In this document: positions 44,992 through 53,294 of the stretch, in pieces
Layout: the number at the start of each line of letters is the position of its first letter
How positions within the stretch are numbered: position 1 is the stretch's first letter
Source: an uncultured Candidatus Saccharibacteria bacterium
GTDB taxonomy: Bacteria > Patescibacteriota > UBA1384 > XYA2-FULL-43-10 > 1-14-0-10-43-13
Direction of reading: 5' to 3'
Assembly: GCA_964406145.1 (NCBI GenBank)
Contig: CAYOQP010000004.1
Coordinates: forward strand, 1,924 to 65,923
Length of the DNA: 64,000 nucleotides
Notes under the pieces: model-generated
Told to the model about the DNA's origin: nothing
The model's database searches: none
What the model saw: only the letters and a program-made list of their open reading frames with translations
Position numbers and translations under genes: made by a program

Positions 44992-46263
44992 ATGGACAAG
45001 CTTCTAAAAATTTGGGAATACAAAGATTTGCGAAACAAAATTCTAGTTGCTTTGTCGATTCTGATTTTGACTAGAGTTTTAGCCCATGTTCCACTGCCTG
45101 GAGTTGACCTTGCTCGGCTTCAAACTTTTTTTTCTGAAAACCAAGTTTTTGGATTCTTGAATATGTTTTCTGGCGGAACCATGAGCAATTTCTCGATCAT
45201 TCTAATGGGAGTTGGTCCCTACATTACTTCTTCAATTGTTTTCCAATTACTTACTATGATATTCCCAGCACTTGAGCAAATGCAGAAAGAGGGCGAAGCT
45301 GGTCGCCAGAAGATTACTCAATATACCAGAATGGCAACAATTCCCTTTGCAATGATTCAGGCCTATGCCATGCTGGTACTCTTGAGAAATCAAGGCATTA
45401 TTCCTTCTTGGACGCCTTTTGACCTTACCATGATGCTTATATCTGTTACGGCTGGCACAATGCTCCTGATGTGGCTGGGCGAAATTATTTCAGAGAAGGG
45501 GATTGGTAACGGCATGTCTCTTATTATTGGTCTGGGTATTATTTCTGGTTATCCTTCACAGATCAGAAATACTGCGCTTATACTTCAATCTGGTGATACC
45601 GGAAAGATAATCGGAGCGATAGCTTTTGGGGCAATATTTATTTTGGCAACGGCGGCTATTATATACATTCAGGAAGGCCAAAGGAATGTTCCTGTTACTT
45701 ATGCTAGAAAAATGCGCTTGGGACAAACCACCGGGTATTCAAGTCATTTGCCGATTAGAGTTAATATTGCCGGAGTTATACCAATTATATTTGCCATGAG
45801 CATACTAGTGATTCCTGGAGTTTTAGCTAAATATCTAGAGAATGCTAGAACGCCTTGGATCGCAAATGATGCCAGAATGATTGGAGAGTTTTTTAACAAT
45901 TCCACATATTATGCAATCATTTATTTTGTCTTAGTAATTGTTTTCACCTATTTTTATACCAGTATTGTATTTAAACCATCTCAGATAGCTGAAAATTTAC
46001 AAAAACAGAGTGGATTTATTCCTGGTGTTAGACCTGGGACAGAGACAAAAGATTATCTTAAAAATATTGTGACAAGGATTACCCTTGTCGGGGCAGTTTT
46101 TTTGGGCTTAATTGCTGTTTTGCCATTCATAGTTCAATCTGCCACAGACATAAACACCTTCACTTTAGGAGGAACGGGAATTCTTATTCTGGTCTCAGTT
46201 GTTATTGAAACAATGCGTCAAATTCAATCACAGATTGTTATGCATACTTATGAACGCTATTAA
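44992..46263 (+). CDS. secY: Preprotein translocase subunit SecY
   Basis: VPLPG, MGVGPYITSSI, GIGNGMSL, AGVIPIIFA, FIPGVRPG, GGTGILI. Confidence 0.98.
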   Translation: MDKLLKIWEYKDLRNKILVALSILILTRVLAHVPLPGVDLARLQTFFSENQVFGFLNMFSGGTMSNFSIILMGVGPYITSSIVFQLLTMIFPALEQMQKEGEAGRQKITQYTRMATIPFAMIQAYAMLVLLRNQGIIPSWTPFDLTMMLISVTAGTMLLMWLGEIISEKGIGNGMSLIIGLGIISGYPSQIRNTALILQSGDTGKIIGAIAFGAIFILATAAIIYIQEGQRNVPVTYARKMRLGQTTGYSSHLPIRVNIAGVIPIIFAMSILVIPGVLAKYLENARTPWIANDARMIGEFFNNSTYYAIIYFVLVIVFTYFYTSIVFKPSQIAENLQKQSGFIPGVRPGTETKDYLKNIVTRITLVGAVFLGLIAVLPFIVQSATDINTFTLGGTGILILVSVVIETMRQIQSQIVMHTYERY

Positions 46264-46266
46264 AGG

Positions 46267-46911
46267 ATGTCATCTAATAAACAAACAATTTATTCGTTTA
46301 TCGGTTTACCAGCTTCTGGAAAGGGCACTCAGGCCTCGATATTAGCCGAAAAAGAAGGCATAAAGGTCATCGGTATGGGAGATTTGATTAGATCTGCCAT
46401 TAACGGTGATGTTAATGATCCATTTGTTGCTGAGATTAAAAACCGATACGATAAGGGCATCCCACAGCCAGATAGCGTTGCGATTGACCTAGTCAAGAAA
46501 TATCTTGGCTCTGTTGATAGAGGCATTATTTTTGATAATTTTCCTTTTACCGCGGCCCAAGCTACTTTCCTGGAGGAATTTATTAAGGACAATAGCGAAT
46601 GGGATCACAAAGTTATTTATATTAATCTTGATCCAGAGACGGCCATCAAAAGAGTAATTTCTCGAAAAATATGTTCAGAGTGCGGCACAATATATGGTGC
46701 TACAGATGATATGATCTGCGAAAAATGCGGCGGCTCATTAATTGTGCGTGCTGATGATAACGAAGAAACCGTTAGGACCAGAATTGGACACTATATGCCA
46801 AAAATAAGAGAAGTTATCGATTTTTATGCCGATAAAAATATTCCGATTATCGAAGTTGATGGCGAGAAGTCAATTGAGGATGTCACTAAAGAAATCTCAA
46901 GCAAATTATGA
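46267..46911 (+). CDS. adk: Adenylate kinase with zinc-binding lid
   Basis: GLPASGKGTQA, CSEC/CEKC lid, RADD. Confidence 0.93.
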   Translation: MSSNKQTIYSFIGLPASGKGTQASILAEKEGIKVIGMGDLIRSAINGDVNDPFVAEIKNRYDKGIPQPDSVAIDLVKKYLGSVDRGIIFDNFPFTAAQATFLEEFIKDNSEWDHKVIYINLDPETAIKRVISRKICSECGTIYGATDDMICEKCGGSLIVRADDNEETVRTRIGHYMPKIREVIDFYADKNIPIIEVDGEKSIEDVTKEISSKL

Positions 46912-47666
46912 ATATTTTAGATAAAGAGCAGATTAAATTGATCAAAATCTGCGGTCACAAACTCGCCAAAACACTTTCGGCTGTTGTTCTGAAGGTCGTT
47001 CCTGGTGCTGATCTTGGCGAGCTTGATGCTTTGGCATATAATCTCCTGATTAAGGAGGGCTGTAAACCATCATTTAAGGATTATCATGTCGAGGGTATTG
47101 GAGACTATCCAACAACTCTTTGCGTTTCTGTAAATGACGAAATTGTACATGGAATCCCGGTCTCGGGACAAAAAATAAAGTCAGGTGATGTTGTTTCTAT
47201 AGATATTGGAGCTGAATATGAGGGGATCTATACAGATATGGCAACAACGGTTGCTGTTGGTAAGATTAGTAATGATGCAAAACATCTTATTTCTGGAACT
47301 AAGAAATCCCTTGAAATTGGGATAAAACATGCTCTGGCCGGTAAGCATATTGGCGACATAGGTGCAAATATTGAAGATTTTGCTAAATCCAATGATTTCG
47401 GCATTATTAGAGATTACGTTGGACACGGTATCGGCACCAAACCACATTTACCGCCGCAGATACCCAACTTTGGTCTTGCTGGAAGTGGCGCAGAGATTGT
47501 AGAGGGAATGGCCTTGGCGATTGAGCCAATGCTGACTCTCGGTGGCGAGAAAACAGTTGTCGCAGAAGACGGTTGGACTGTTAAGACACAGGACGGTTCA
47601 TTGGCTGCTCACTTTGAGCACACTGTTGTTATAGAAAATAGTAAACCGACAATAGTAACATTGTAG
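46908..47666 (+). CDS. map: Methionine aminopeptidase type I
   Basis: CVSVNDEIVHGIP, DIG...D, GHGIG, AIEPM, AAHFEHT. Confidence 0.97.
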   Translation: MNILDKEQIKLIKICGHKLAKTLSAVVLKVVPGADLGELDALAYNLLIKEGCKPSFKDYHVEGIGDYPTTLCVSVNDEIVHGIPVSGQKIKSGDVVSIDIGAEYEGIYTDMATTVAVGKISNDAKHLISGTKKSLEIGIKHALAGKHIGDIGANIEDFAKSNDFGIIRDYVGHGIGTKPHLPPQIPNFGLAGSGAEIVEGMALAIEPMLTLGGEKTVVAEDGWTVKTQDGSLAAHFEHTVVIENSKPTIVTL

Positions 47667-47699
47667 TTATTGCCCAGGCAATTTTTATCCTTTAGAGTG

Positions 47700-47728
47700 T
47701 TGACTTGAGCCAATAATTGTGTTAAATT
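47700..47728 (+). promoter_or_regulatory. infA/alpha-operon promoter
   Basis: TTGACT-17 bp-TAAATT with TGn. Confidence 0.6.
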
Positions 47729-47740
47729 CATTAGAGTAGT

Positions 47741-47986
47741 ATGACAAAAAACGACAGTATTGAGATCACTGGAAAAGTTGTTGAGGTCTTGCCCGATTCA
47801 AAATATCGAGTAGAGCTCGAGAGCGGCCACTTAGTTCTTGGCTATTTATCCGGTAGAATGAAACAAAACAGAATCCAAGTAATAATTGGTGATTCGGTTT
47901 TGGTTGAGTTAACACCATATGATCTTACTCGTGGACGTGTCGTGCGAAGACTAAATACTTCTGGGTATATTCCTAAAAAAAGATAG
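47741..47986 (+). CDS. infA: Translation initiation factor IF-1
   Basis: GKVVEVLP, SGRMK, GDSVLVELTPYDLTRGR. Confidence 0.98.
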   Translation: MTKNDSIEITGKVVEVLPDSKYRVELESGHLVLGYLSGRMKQNRIQVIIGDSVLVELTPYDLTRGRVVRRLNTSGYIPKKR

Positions 47987-48034
47987 ACCAGAAATTTAAG
48001 GGGTAAATTTTATTTTTGATTTAGACATGAAAAA

Positions 48035-48181
48035 ATGAAAGTTCAAGCATCAGCAAAAAAAATGTGCAACAAGTGCAAGATTGTAATCCGCAGCAAGAAG
48101 GGTAAAGCCTCTCGAGCAGGAGTAAAAAAGCGGGTTTTTGTTATTTGTGAGAATCCTAAACACAAACAGAGACAAGGATAA
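48035..48181 (+). CDS. rpmJ: 50S ribosomal protein L36 with internal insertion (48 aa)
   Basis: Below ORF-track cutoff; [48 protein letters not shown]. Confidence 0.97.
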   Translation: MKVQASAKKMCNKCKIVIRSKKGKASRAGVKKRVFVICENPKHKQRQG

Positions 48182-48182
48182 A

Positions 48183-48566
48183 ATGGCCAGAATTGCAGGA
48201 ATTAATTTACCAAATGAAAAAAGATTAGAGATTGCCCTAACATACCTTTTTGGTATCGGTCTTTCACTTAGCCAAAAAATATTGACTGAGTTAAAAATTG
48301 ATCCCAATATTCGAGTTAAAGATCTCGACGAAAATGATTTAGAAAAGATTAGACAATATATCGGTAAAAGATATCGCGTTGAGGGCGATCTTAGAACTGA
48401 GATTTCTCAAAATATCAAAAGATTGAAAGAAACCGGTAGCTATCGAGGTTCTCGTCACAGTCACAATTTGCCTGCTCGCGGACAACGTACCAAAACAAAT
48501 GCCAGAACAAAAAGAGGTAAAAAGGTTACTGTTGGTTCAGGCAGAAAAACAATTGAGAAGAAATAA
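48183..48566 (+). CDS. rpsM: 30S ribosomal protein S13
   Basis: Start moved to ATG 48183; [22 protein letters not shown]. Confidence 0.98.
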   Translation: MARIAGINLPNEKRLEIALTYLFGIGLSLSQKILTELKIDPNIRVKDLDENDLEKIRQYIGKRYRVEGDLRTEISQNIKRLKETGSYRGSRHSHNLPARGQRTKTNARTKRGKKVTVGSGRKTIEKK

Positions 48567-48577
48567 TACATAAATCT

Positions 48578-48985
48578 ATGGCCAAAAGCGCAACAACCAA
48601 AACCGACAAGAAGATATTGAAAAAAAGAGCTAAGTCTCCAGTGCATGCTGGTAGTATTTATATTCAATCAACTTTCAATAACACTTTAATCACTATTACT
48701 GACGAAAAAGGCGGTGTTATCGCTTCATCTTCGGCTGGAGCACTTGGATTCAAGGGTGCTAAAAAGTCTACTCCATATGCCGCTCAATTGGCTGTCGCAG
48801 CTGCTGTTGAAAAAGCCAAGACTAGAGGTTTTTCTAAGGCTAATATTTTTGTTTCCGGCGTTGGTTCTGGTCGTGATGCTGCCGTTAGAGCGCTTGTTAA
48901 TACAAACATCGAAGCCGGAACAATTAAGGATATCACTCCTATCGCACACAATGGTTGTCGAGCTAAGAAGCCAAGACGAGTATAA
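48578..48985 (+). CDS. rpsK: 30S ribosomal protein S11
   Basis: STFNNT, GFKGAKKSTPYAAQ, DITPIAHNGCR. Confidence 0.99.
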   Translation: MAKSATTKTDKKILKKRAKSPVHAGSIYIQSTFNNTLITITDEKGGVIASSSAGALGFKGAKKSTPYAAQLAVAAAVEKAKTRGFSKANIFVSGVGSGRDAAVRALVNTNIEAGTIKDITPIAHNGCRAKKPRRV

Positions 48986-49006
48986 TAATAATCCCACATA
49001 AATCAT

Positions 49007-49600
49007 ATGATCAAAGCATGTAAAAAATGTAGAAGAGAAGGCGAAAAACTCCTAATCAAGGGAGATCGTTGCTTGAGTCCTAAATGTGCTCTTACTAAGA
49101 GAGCTTATGCTCCTGGCGACCACGGACAGGGCTTTCATGGTAAAGTCAGCGAATTTGGACGACAGTTGCGAGAGAAACAAAAAGCTCGTCGAATTTATGG
49201 AATCAGCGAAAGTCAATTTTCTAAATATGTTGAAAAATCTGACAAGATCATTGGTAACAAGTCTGAAAATCTGATGAGATTCTTAGAGACTAGAATTGAT
49301 AATGTTGTTTACAGACTTGGTTTTGCCTCTTCAAGATCTCTGGCCAGACAAATGGTTTCTCACGGTCTTTTCAACGTTAATGGCCGCAAGGTTGGAACTG
49401 CGTCGTTAATAGTTAAAGCTTCAGATGTAATTTCGCCAAGAAAAAAAGAGATGTTTAAGGAAGTTACATTAAACTCTTCTGTCACCTGGCTAGAAGCCGA
49501 TTCGAAGAAGCTAGAGGGCACCATTAAACACCTTCCTGTCCGAGACGAAATTGATACACCTATCAACGAGAGCTTAATCATTGAATTTTATTCTAGATAA
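49007..49600 (+). CDS. rpsD: 30S ribosomal protein S4 (four-Cys type)
   Basis: CKKCRREG, PGDHG, QLREKQK, LETRIDNVVYRLG, IIEFYSR. Confidence 0.98.
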   Translation: MIKACKKCRREGEKLLIKGDRCLSPKCALTKRAYAPGDHGQGFHGKVSEFGRQLREKQKARRIYGISESQFSKYVEKSDKIIGNKSENLMRFLETRIDNVVYRLGFASSRSLARQMVSHGLFNVNGRKVGTASLIVKASDVISPRKKEMFKEVTLNSSVTWLEADSKKLEGTIKHLPVRDEIDTPINESLIIEFYSR

Positions 49601-49615
49601 TTTTAAGGAGTTCTA

Positions 49616-50551
49616 ATGGAAAAAATCAATCTACCGAAAATTACCGAAGAAAAAATAGCTGATTCTCACTCAAGATTTATTATTGAGCCGCTATTTCCTG
49701 GCTACGGAACGACTATCGGAAACTCGCTTCGTCGAGTTCTGCTTTCGTCCATTACTGGTGCAGCTGTCACCTCGTTTAAGATCGATGGCGCAAGTCATGA
49801 GTTCACTGCTATTCCTCACGTCAAAGAAGACATGATTGAGATCATGATGAATTTGAAATCAGTTTATTTCAAATCCTTCTCCGATGAGCCAGTTGTTCTT
49901 GAAATATCAAAAAAAGGACCAGCTGAAGTAACTGCCAAGGATATTAAGGCAAATAGCAGCATTGAAATTGCAAATCCAGATGCTCATATTGTCACACTCG
50001 ACAAAAGCGCTGATTTTTATATGGAAATTACTGTCGAAAAAGGACGAGGTTTTAGAACTGTCGTCGCTGGTGGTGGTGAAAAGGCTGAGATCGGTCGCAT
50101 TGCTGTCGATACTCTTTTTTCACCAGTCGAAAGGGTTTCTCTTCAAGTAGAAGATACTCGTGTCGGACAGATGACAAATTATGACAAATTAATACTTGAA
50201 GTCGTCACCAATGGCACTATTTTGCCTGCTGATGCCATCAAAGAAGCGTCATCTGTTTTGGTTGAACACTACAACGCAATTATTTCTGGCGAAGTCGAAG
50301 ATGAAGTTATTGAGGAAAAATCTGATACAGATATCGATCCTTTTGACGAGACAGCAGATGATGAATCTGGATCGGTTGATAATAAAACAAAGATTGAAGA
50401 GCTTAATTTTTCGCCAAGAACAGTCAATGCTCTCTTGAATGCTGGTATTAAGACTGTTGGTGGGCTCAAAAGACTTTCAGATCTTAAGTTAGAAGAGATC
50501 AAGGGTCTTGGCAAAAAAGGTATTGAGGAAATCAAAGTAGCGATAGGATAG
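49616..50551 (+). CDS. rpoA: RNA polymerase alpha subunit
   Basis: EPLFPGYGTTIGNSLRRVLLS, FSPV, CTD SPRTVNAL...GLGKKG. Confidence 0.98.
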   Translation: MEKINLPKITEEKIADSHSRFIIEPLFPGYGTTIGNSLRRVLLSSITGAAVTSFKIDGASHEFTAIPHVKEDMIEIMMNLKSVYFKSFSDEPVVLEISKKGPAEVTAKDIKANSSIEIANPDAHIVTLDKSADFYMEITVEKGRGFRTVVAGGGEKAEIGRIAVDTLFSPVERVSLQVEDTRVGQMTNYDKLILEVVTNGTILPADAIKEASSVLVEHYNAIISGEVEDEVIEEKSDTDIDPFDETADDESGSVDNKTKIEELNFSPRTVNALLNAGIKTVGGLKRLSDLKLEEIKGLGKKGIEEIKVAIG

Positions 50552-50555
50552 ATCA

Positions 50556-50999
50556 ATGAGAAGAATTTACGGCAAAAATAAAAATAGCGAAGAGCACGCC
50601 ATTAGAAATATGGTTACATCTTTGGTTTTGTACGAGAAAATAGATACAACAAAGCCAAAAGCAAAGATGCTCAAAAGCTATATTGACAAGATTATTTCTC
50701 GATCAAAAAAAGCAGATTTAGCTGCAATCAGGAATCTTCACAAAATATTTTTTGATGACAATGCTGTTAAAAAAGTCATTGAAGTTCTGGTCCCTAGATA
50801 TAAGGATAGGACGAGTGGATTTACCAGAACTTATAATCTTAAAAACAGACTTGGCGATAATGCTGAAATGATGAGAGTTGAGCTTATTGATAAAAAAGTT
50901 TTTATTTCTGACGAAAAAGAAACTGCTCCTGTCAAAAAGGCTGAAACCAAAAAAACAGAAAAAACAGAAAAAAAGGTAGCCAAAAATGCAAAAAAATAA
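50556..50999 (+). CDS. rplQ: 50S ribosomal protein L17
   Basis: IDTTKPKAK, RTSGFTR, RLGDNAEM. Confidence 0.96.
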   Translation: MRRIYGKNKNSEEHAIRNMVTSLVLYEKIDTTKPKAKMLKSYIDKIISRSKKADLAAIRNLHKIFFDDNAVKKVIEVLVPRYKDRTSGFTRTYNLKNRLGDNAEMMRVELIDKKVFISDEKETAPVKKAETKKTEKTEKKVAKNAKK

Positions 51000-51399
51000 C
51001 GAAAACAGAGATTGGTATTTAATAGACGTCAAAGGCGAAACATTGGGCAGAATTTCAACCAAGATTGCCGACTTACTTCGAGGTAAGGGCAAAGTTGATT
51101 TTACACCAAATGGAGATTGTGGTGACTATGTTGTTGCTATCAATGCTGACAAGGTTGTATTAACCGGACACAAAGAAGAGCAGAAGAGATATTATCGACA
51201 TTCTGGCTATCTTGGCAATCTCAAAACCATGACGGTCGCCGATCTTAAAAAAGACAACCCAACAGAAATACTAAGGCACTCTGTGGCCGGCATGTTGCCC
51301 CTTAACAAGCTCAGAGACGGTTTCATGGGTAGATTTAAGATGTATACCGGATCAGAACATCCTCATGCAAATATTAAGTTTAAGAATCAAGGCAAATAA
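50986..51399 (+). CDS. rplM: 50S ribosomal protein L13
   Basis: WYLID, LGRIST, LRGK, GDYVV, HSGYLG, GMLP. Confidence 0.98.
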   Translation: MQKNNENRDWYLIDVKGETLGRISTKIADLLRGKGKVDFTPNGDCGDYVVAINADKVVLTGHKEEQKRYYRHSGYLGNLKTMTVADLKKDNPTEILRHSVAGMLPLNKLRDGFMGRFKMYTGSEHPHANIKFKNQGK

Positions 51400-51785
51400 T
51401 GTCTCCAAAAAACACAAACAATGATTACTGGATAGGAATTGGTAGAAGGAAAACTGCTGTTGCTTCGGTCAAACTTACTCAGAAAGACAAAGCCACTATT
51501 TTAAATGGTAATAAATCTGATTTTCCAGCAGAAGTTGATACGCCTTTTGAACTCGTCGGGATGAAAGGTGAGTTTGGAATTGCCGCAAAAGTTAACGGTG
51601 GCGGAAAAGTTAGTCAAATTGACGCAATCAAATTGGGCATTGCTCGAGCACTCGAGAAATTTAATCCTGATTTTAGAACAAGCTTGAAGAAGGCAGGATT
51701 ACTTACTCGTGACCCAAGAGAAAAAGAAAGAAAGAAACCAGGTCTAAGAGGCGCAAGAAGAGCGCCACAATGGGCCAAGAGATAA
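51399..51785 (+). CDS. rpsI: 30S ribosomal protein S9
   Basis: GRRKTAVA, GGG..Q, LTRDPREKERKKPG, QWAKR. Confidence 0.98.
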   Translation: MSPKNTNNDYWIGIGRRKTAVASVKLTQKDKATILNGNKSDFPAEVDTPFELVGMKGEFGIAAKVNGGGKVSQIDAIKLGIARALEKFNPDFRTSLKKAGLLTRDPREKERKKPGLRGARRAPQWAKR

Positions 51786-51791
51786 GATCGA

Positions 51792-51824
51792 AAAAAACCT
51801 GCCACAATTATTGGCAGGTTTTTT
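51792..51824. terminator. Intrinsic terminator ending the r-protein operon
   Basis: AAAAAACCTGCCA-7 nt-TGGCAGGTTTTTT. Confidence 0.9.
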
Positions 51825-51870
51825 GTAATAAGTGGTAATTCCTTCATAAATTTGATAAAATAAAGATGAA

Positions 51871-52209
51871 ATGCCAACAAATAGAATGCAAAAATTTGAT
51901 GAATTGATTACGCGTGAACTTTCAACTGAGCTTCAGCAGCGTTTTCCTGATAAAATTTTTTCGTTAACTCAGGTTCATGTTTCGAAGGATTTATCTTTTG
52001 CAAAAGTTTGGGTGAGCTCTATTAATGAAGCCGAGAAATTGGTGGTTTATTTTCAGAATTGCGCCAAAGAGCTACGCTCTGCTCTGGCGAAGAAGATAGT
52101 GGCTCGCAGGGTTCCTAGTTTTTATTTTGTTGTCGACTCAACAGAGGAGAAGGCTCAGAAAATAGAAAATCTTATTTCATCAATTAAGATTGATAAGAGT
52201 AACAAATGA
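51871..52209 (+). CDS. rbfA: Ribosome-binding factor A
   Basis: VHVSKDLSFAKVWVS, RRVPSFYFVVD. Confidence 0.92.
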   Translation: MPTNRMQKFDELITRELSTELQQRFPDKIFSLTQVHVSKDLSFAKVWVSSINEAEKLVVYFQNCAKELRSALAKKIVARRVPSFYFVVDSTEEKAQKIENLISSIKIDKSNK

Positions 52210-52595
52210 CACTTCTGCGTAATTTATTTTTTTTGTTATCCATTACTATTTTCGCTTTAGCATCAACGATTTTGGCTATATTTAACTATAATCCATATGA
52301 AGCCACTCCTTTGGCCATGGCAAATTTTTATGCCTCTTTTCTTGTCTCCATAGCCGGAGTTTTGTCCATCATCCTTTATTATTTTAAAATCAAGTTATCT
52401 AAGAATGAGACAATCTTTGGTTTTTTATGGCCATCTATTAGACAGGCAACTTTTATTGCAATTGCATTAACAACTCTCCTATACCTAAGGGGCCTGGGAA
52501 TTCTTGACTGGCTGACAGGCACTTCGGTTATCGTAGTCTCTATCCTATTGGAACTATTTTTTGAATCGAAGAAAAATAATATAAAGGCAAATTAG
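52206..52595 (+). CDS. Four-TM hypothetical membrane protein
   Basis: Four hydrophobic segments; ATGA overlap with rbfA. Confidence 0.75.
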   Translation: MTLLRNLFFLLSITIFALASTILAIFNYNPYEATPLAMANFYASFLVSIAGVLSIILYYFKIKLSKNETIFGFLWPSIRQATFIAIALTTLLYLRGLGILDWLTGTSVIVVSILLELFFESKKNNIKAN

Positions 52596-52596
52596 C

Positions 52597-53277
52597 ATGA
52601 TAAAAGGTAATTTACATCCACTAAGCCAGTTCCTGCGAGAAGCAATATCGGTTTTTGAATCACTCGGTTTTGATGTTTATGAAGGACCAGAAGTTGAGAC
52701 ATCTTGGTATAATTTTGATTCATTAAATTTCCCGCCCGAGCATCCAGCCAGAGAAATGCAAGATACTTTTTGGCTTAAGGACAAAAGATTATTAAGGACT
52801 CATACCTCTAACGGTCAAGTCAGATATGGCGAGAGTCACAAACCACCAATCAAAGCAGTTTTTCCAGGTCAAGTTTTTAGAAATGAAGCGACTGATGCTA
52901 AGCATGAAACAACGTTCGTTCAGCTTGAGGGGCTTTACATTGATAAGGGCGTTAAAGTCGGACACCTTATTTCTACTCTAGAATCATTTTTTAGAAAGAT
53001 TTACGGTGACTCTACGAAAATTAGATTAAAACCAAGCTTCTTCCCATTTGTCGAGCCAGGATTTGAGGTAGATGTTAAACATAACGGTAAATGGTTTGAG
53101 CTTTTGGGCGCCGGCATGGTTCATCCGAATGTCATAAAAAATATGAAACTAGATCCAGAAGTTTATTCTGGGTTTGCGTTTGGGATGGGCATAGATAGAC
53201 TTGTCATACTTAAATATGGTATTGACGATATCCGCTTGTTTCGCTCTGGTGATTTAAGATTTTTAAAACAATTTTAA
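52597..53277 (+). CDS. pheS: Phenylalanine-tRNA ligase alpha subunit lacking the N-terminal coiled coil
   Basis: Starts at GNLHP; NFDSLN..HPAREMQDTF, LRTHTS, FRNE, FPFVEP, GFAFGMGIDRL. Confidence 0.96.
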   Translation: MIKGNLHPLSQFLREAISVFESLGFDVYEGPEVETSWYNFDSLNFPPEHPAREMQDTFWLKDKRLLRTHTSNGQVRYGESHKPPIKAVFPGQVFRNEATDAKHETTFVQLEGLYIDKGVKVGHLISTLESFFRKIYGDSTKIRLKPSFFPFVEPGFEVDVKHNGKWFELLGAGMVHPNVIKNMKLDPEVYSGFAFGMGIDRLVILKYGIDDIRLFRSGDLRFLKQF

Positions 53278-53294
53278 AAGTAAAAAATAATATT

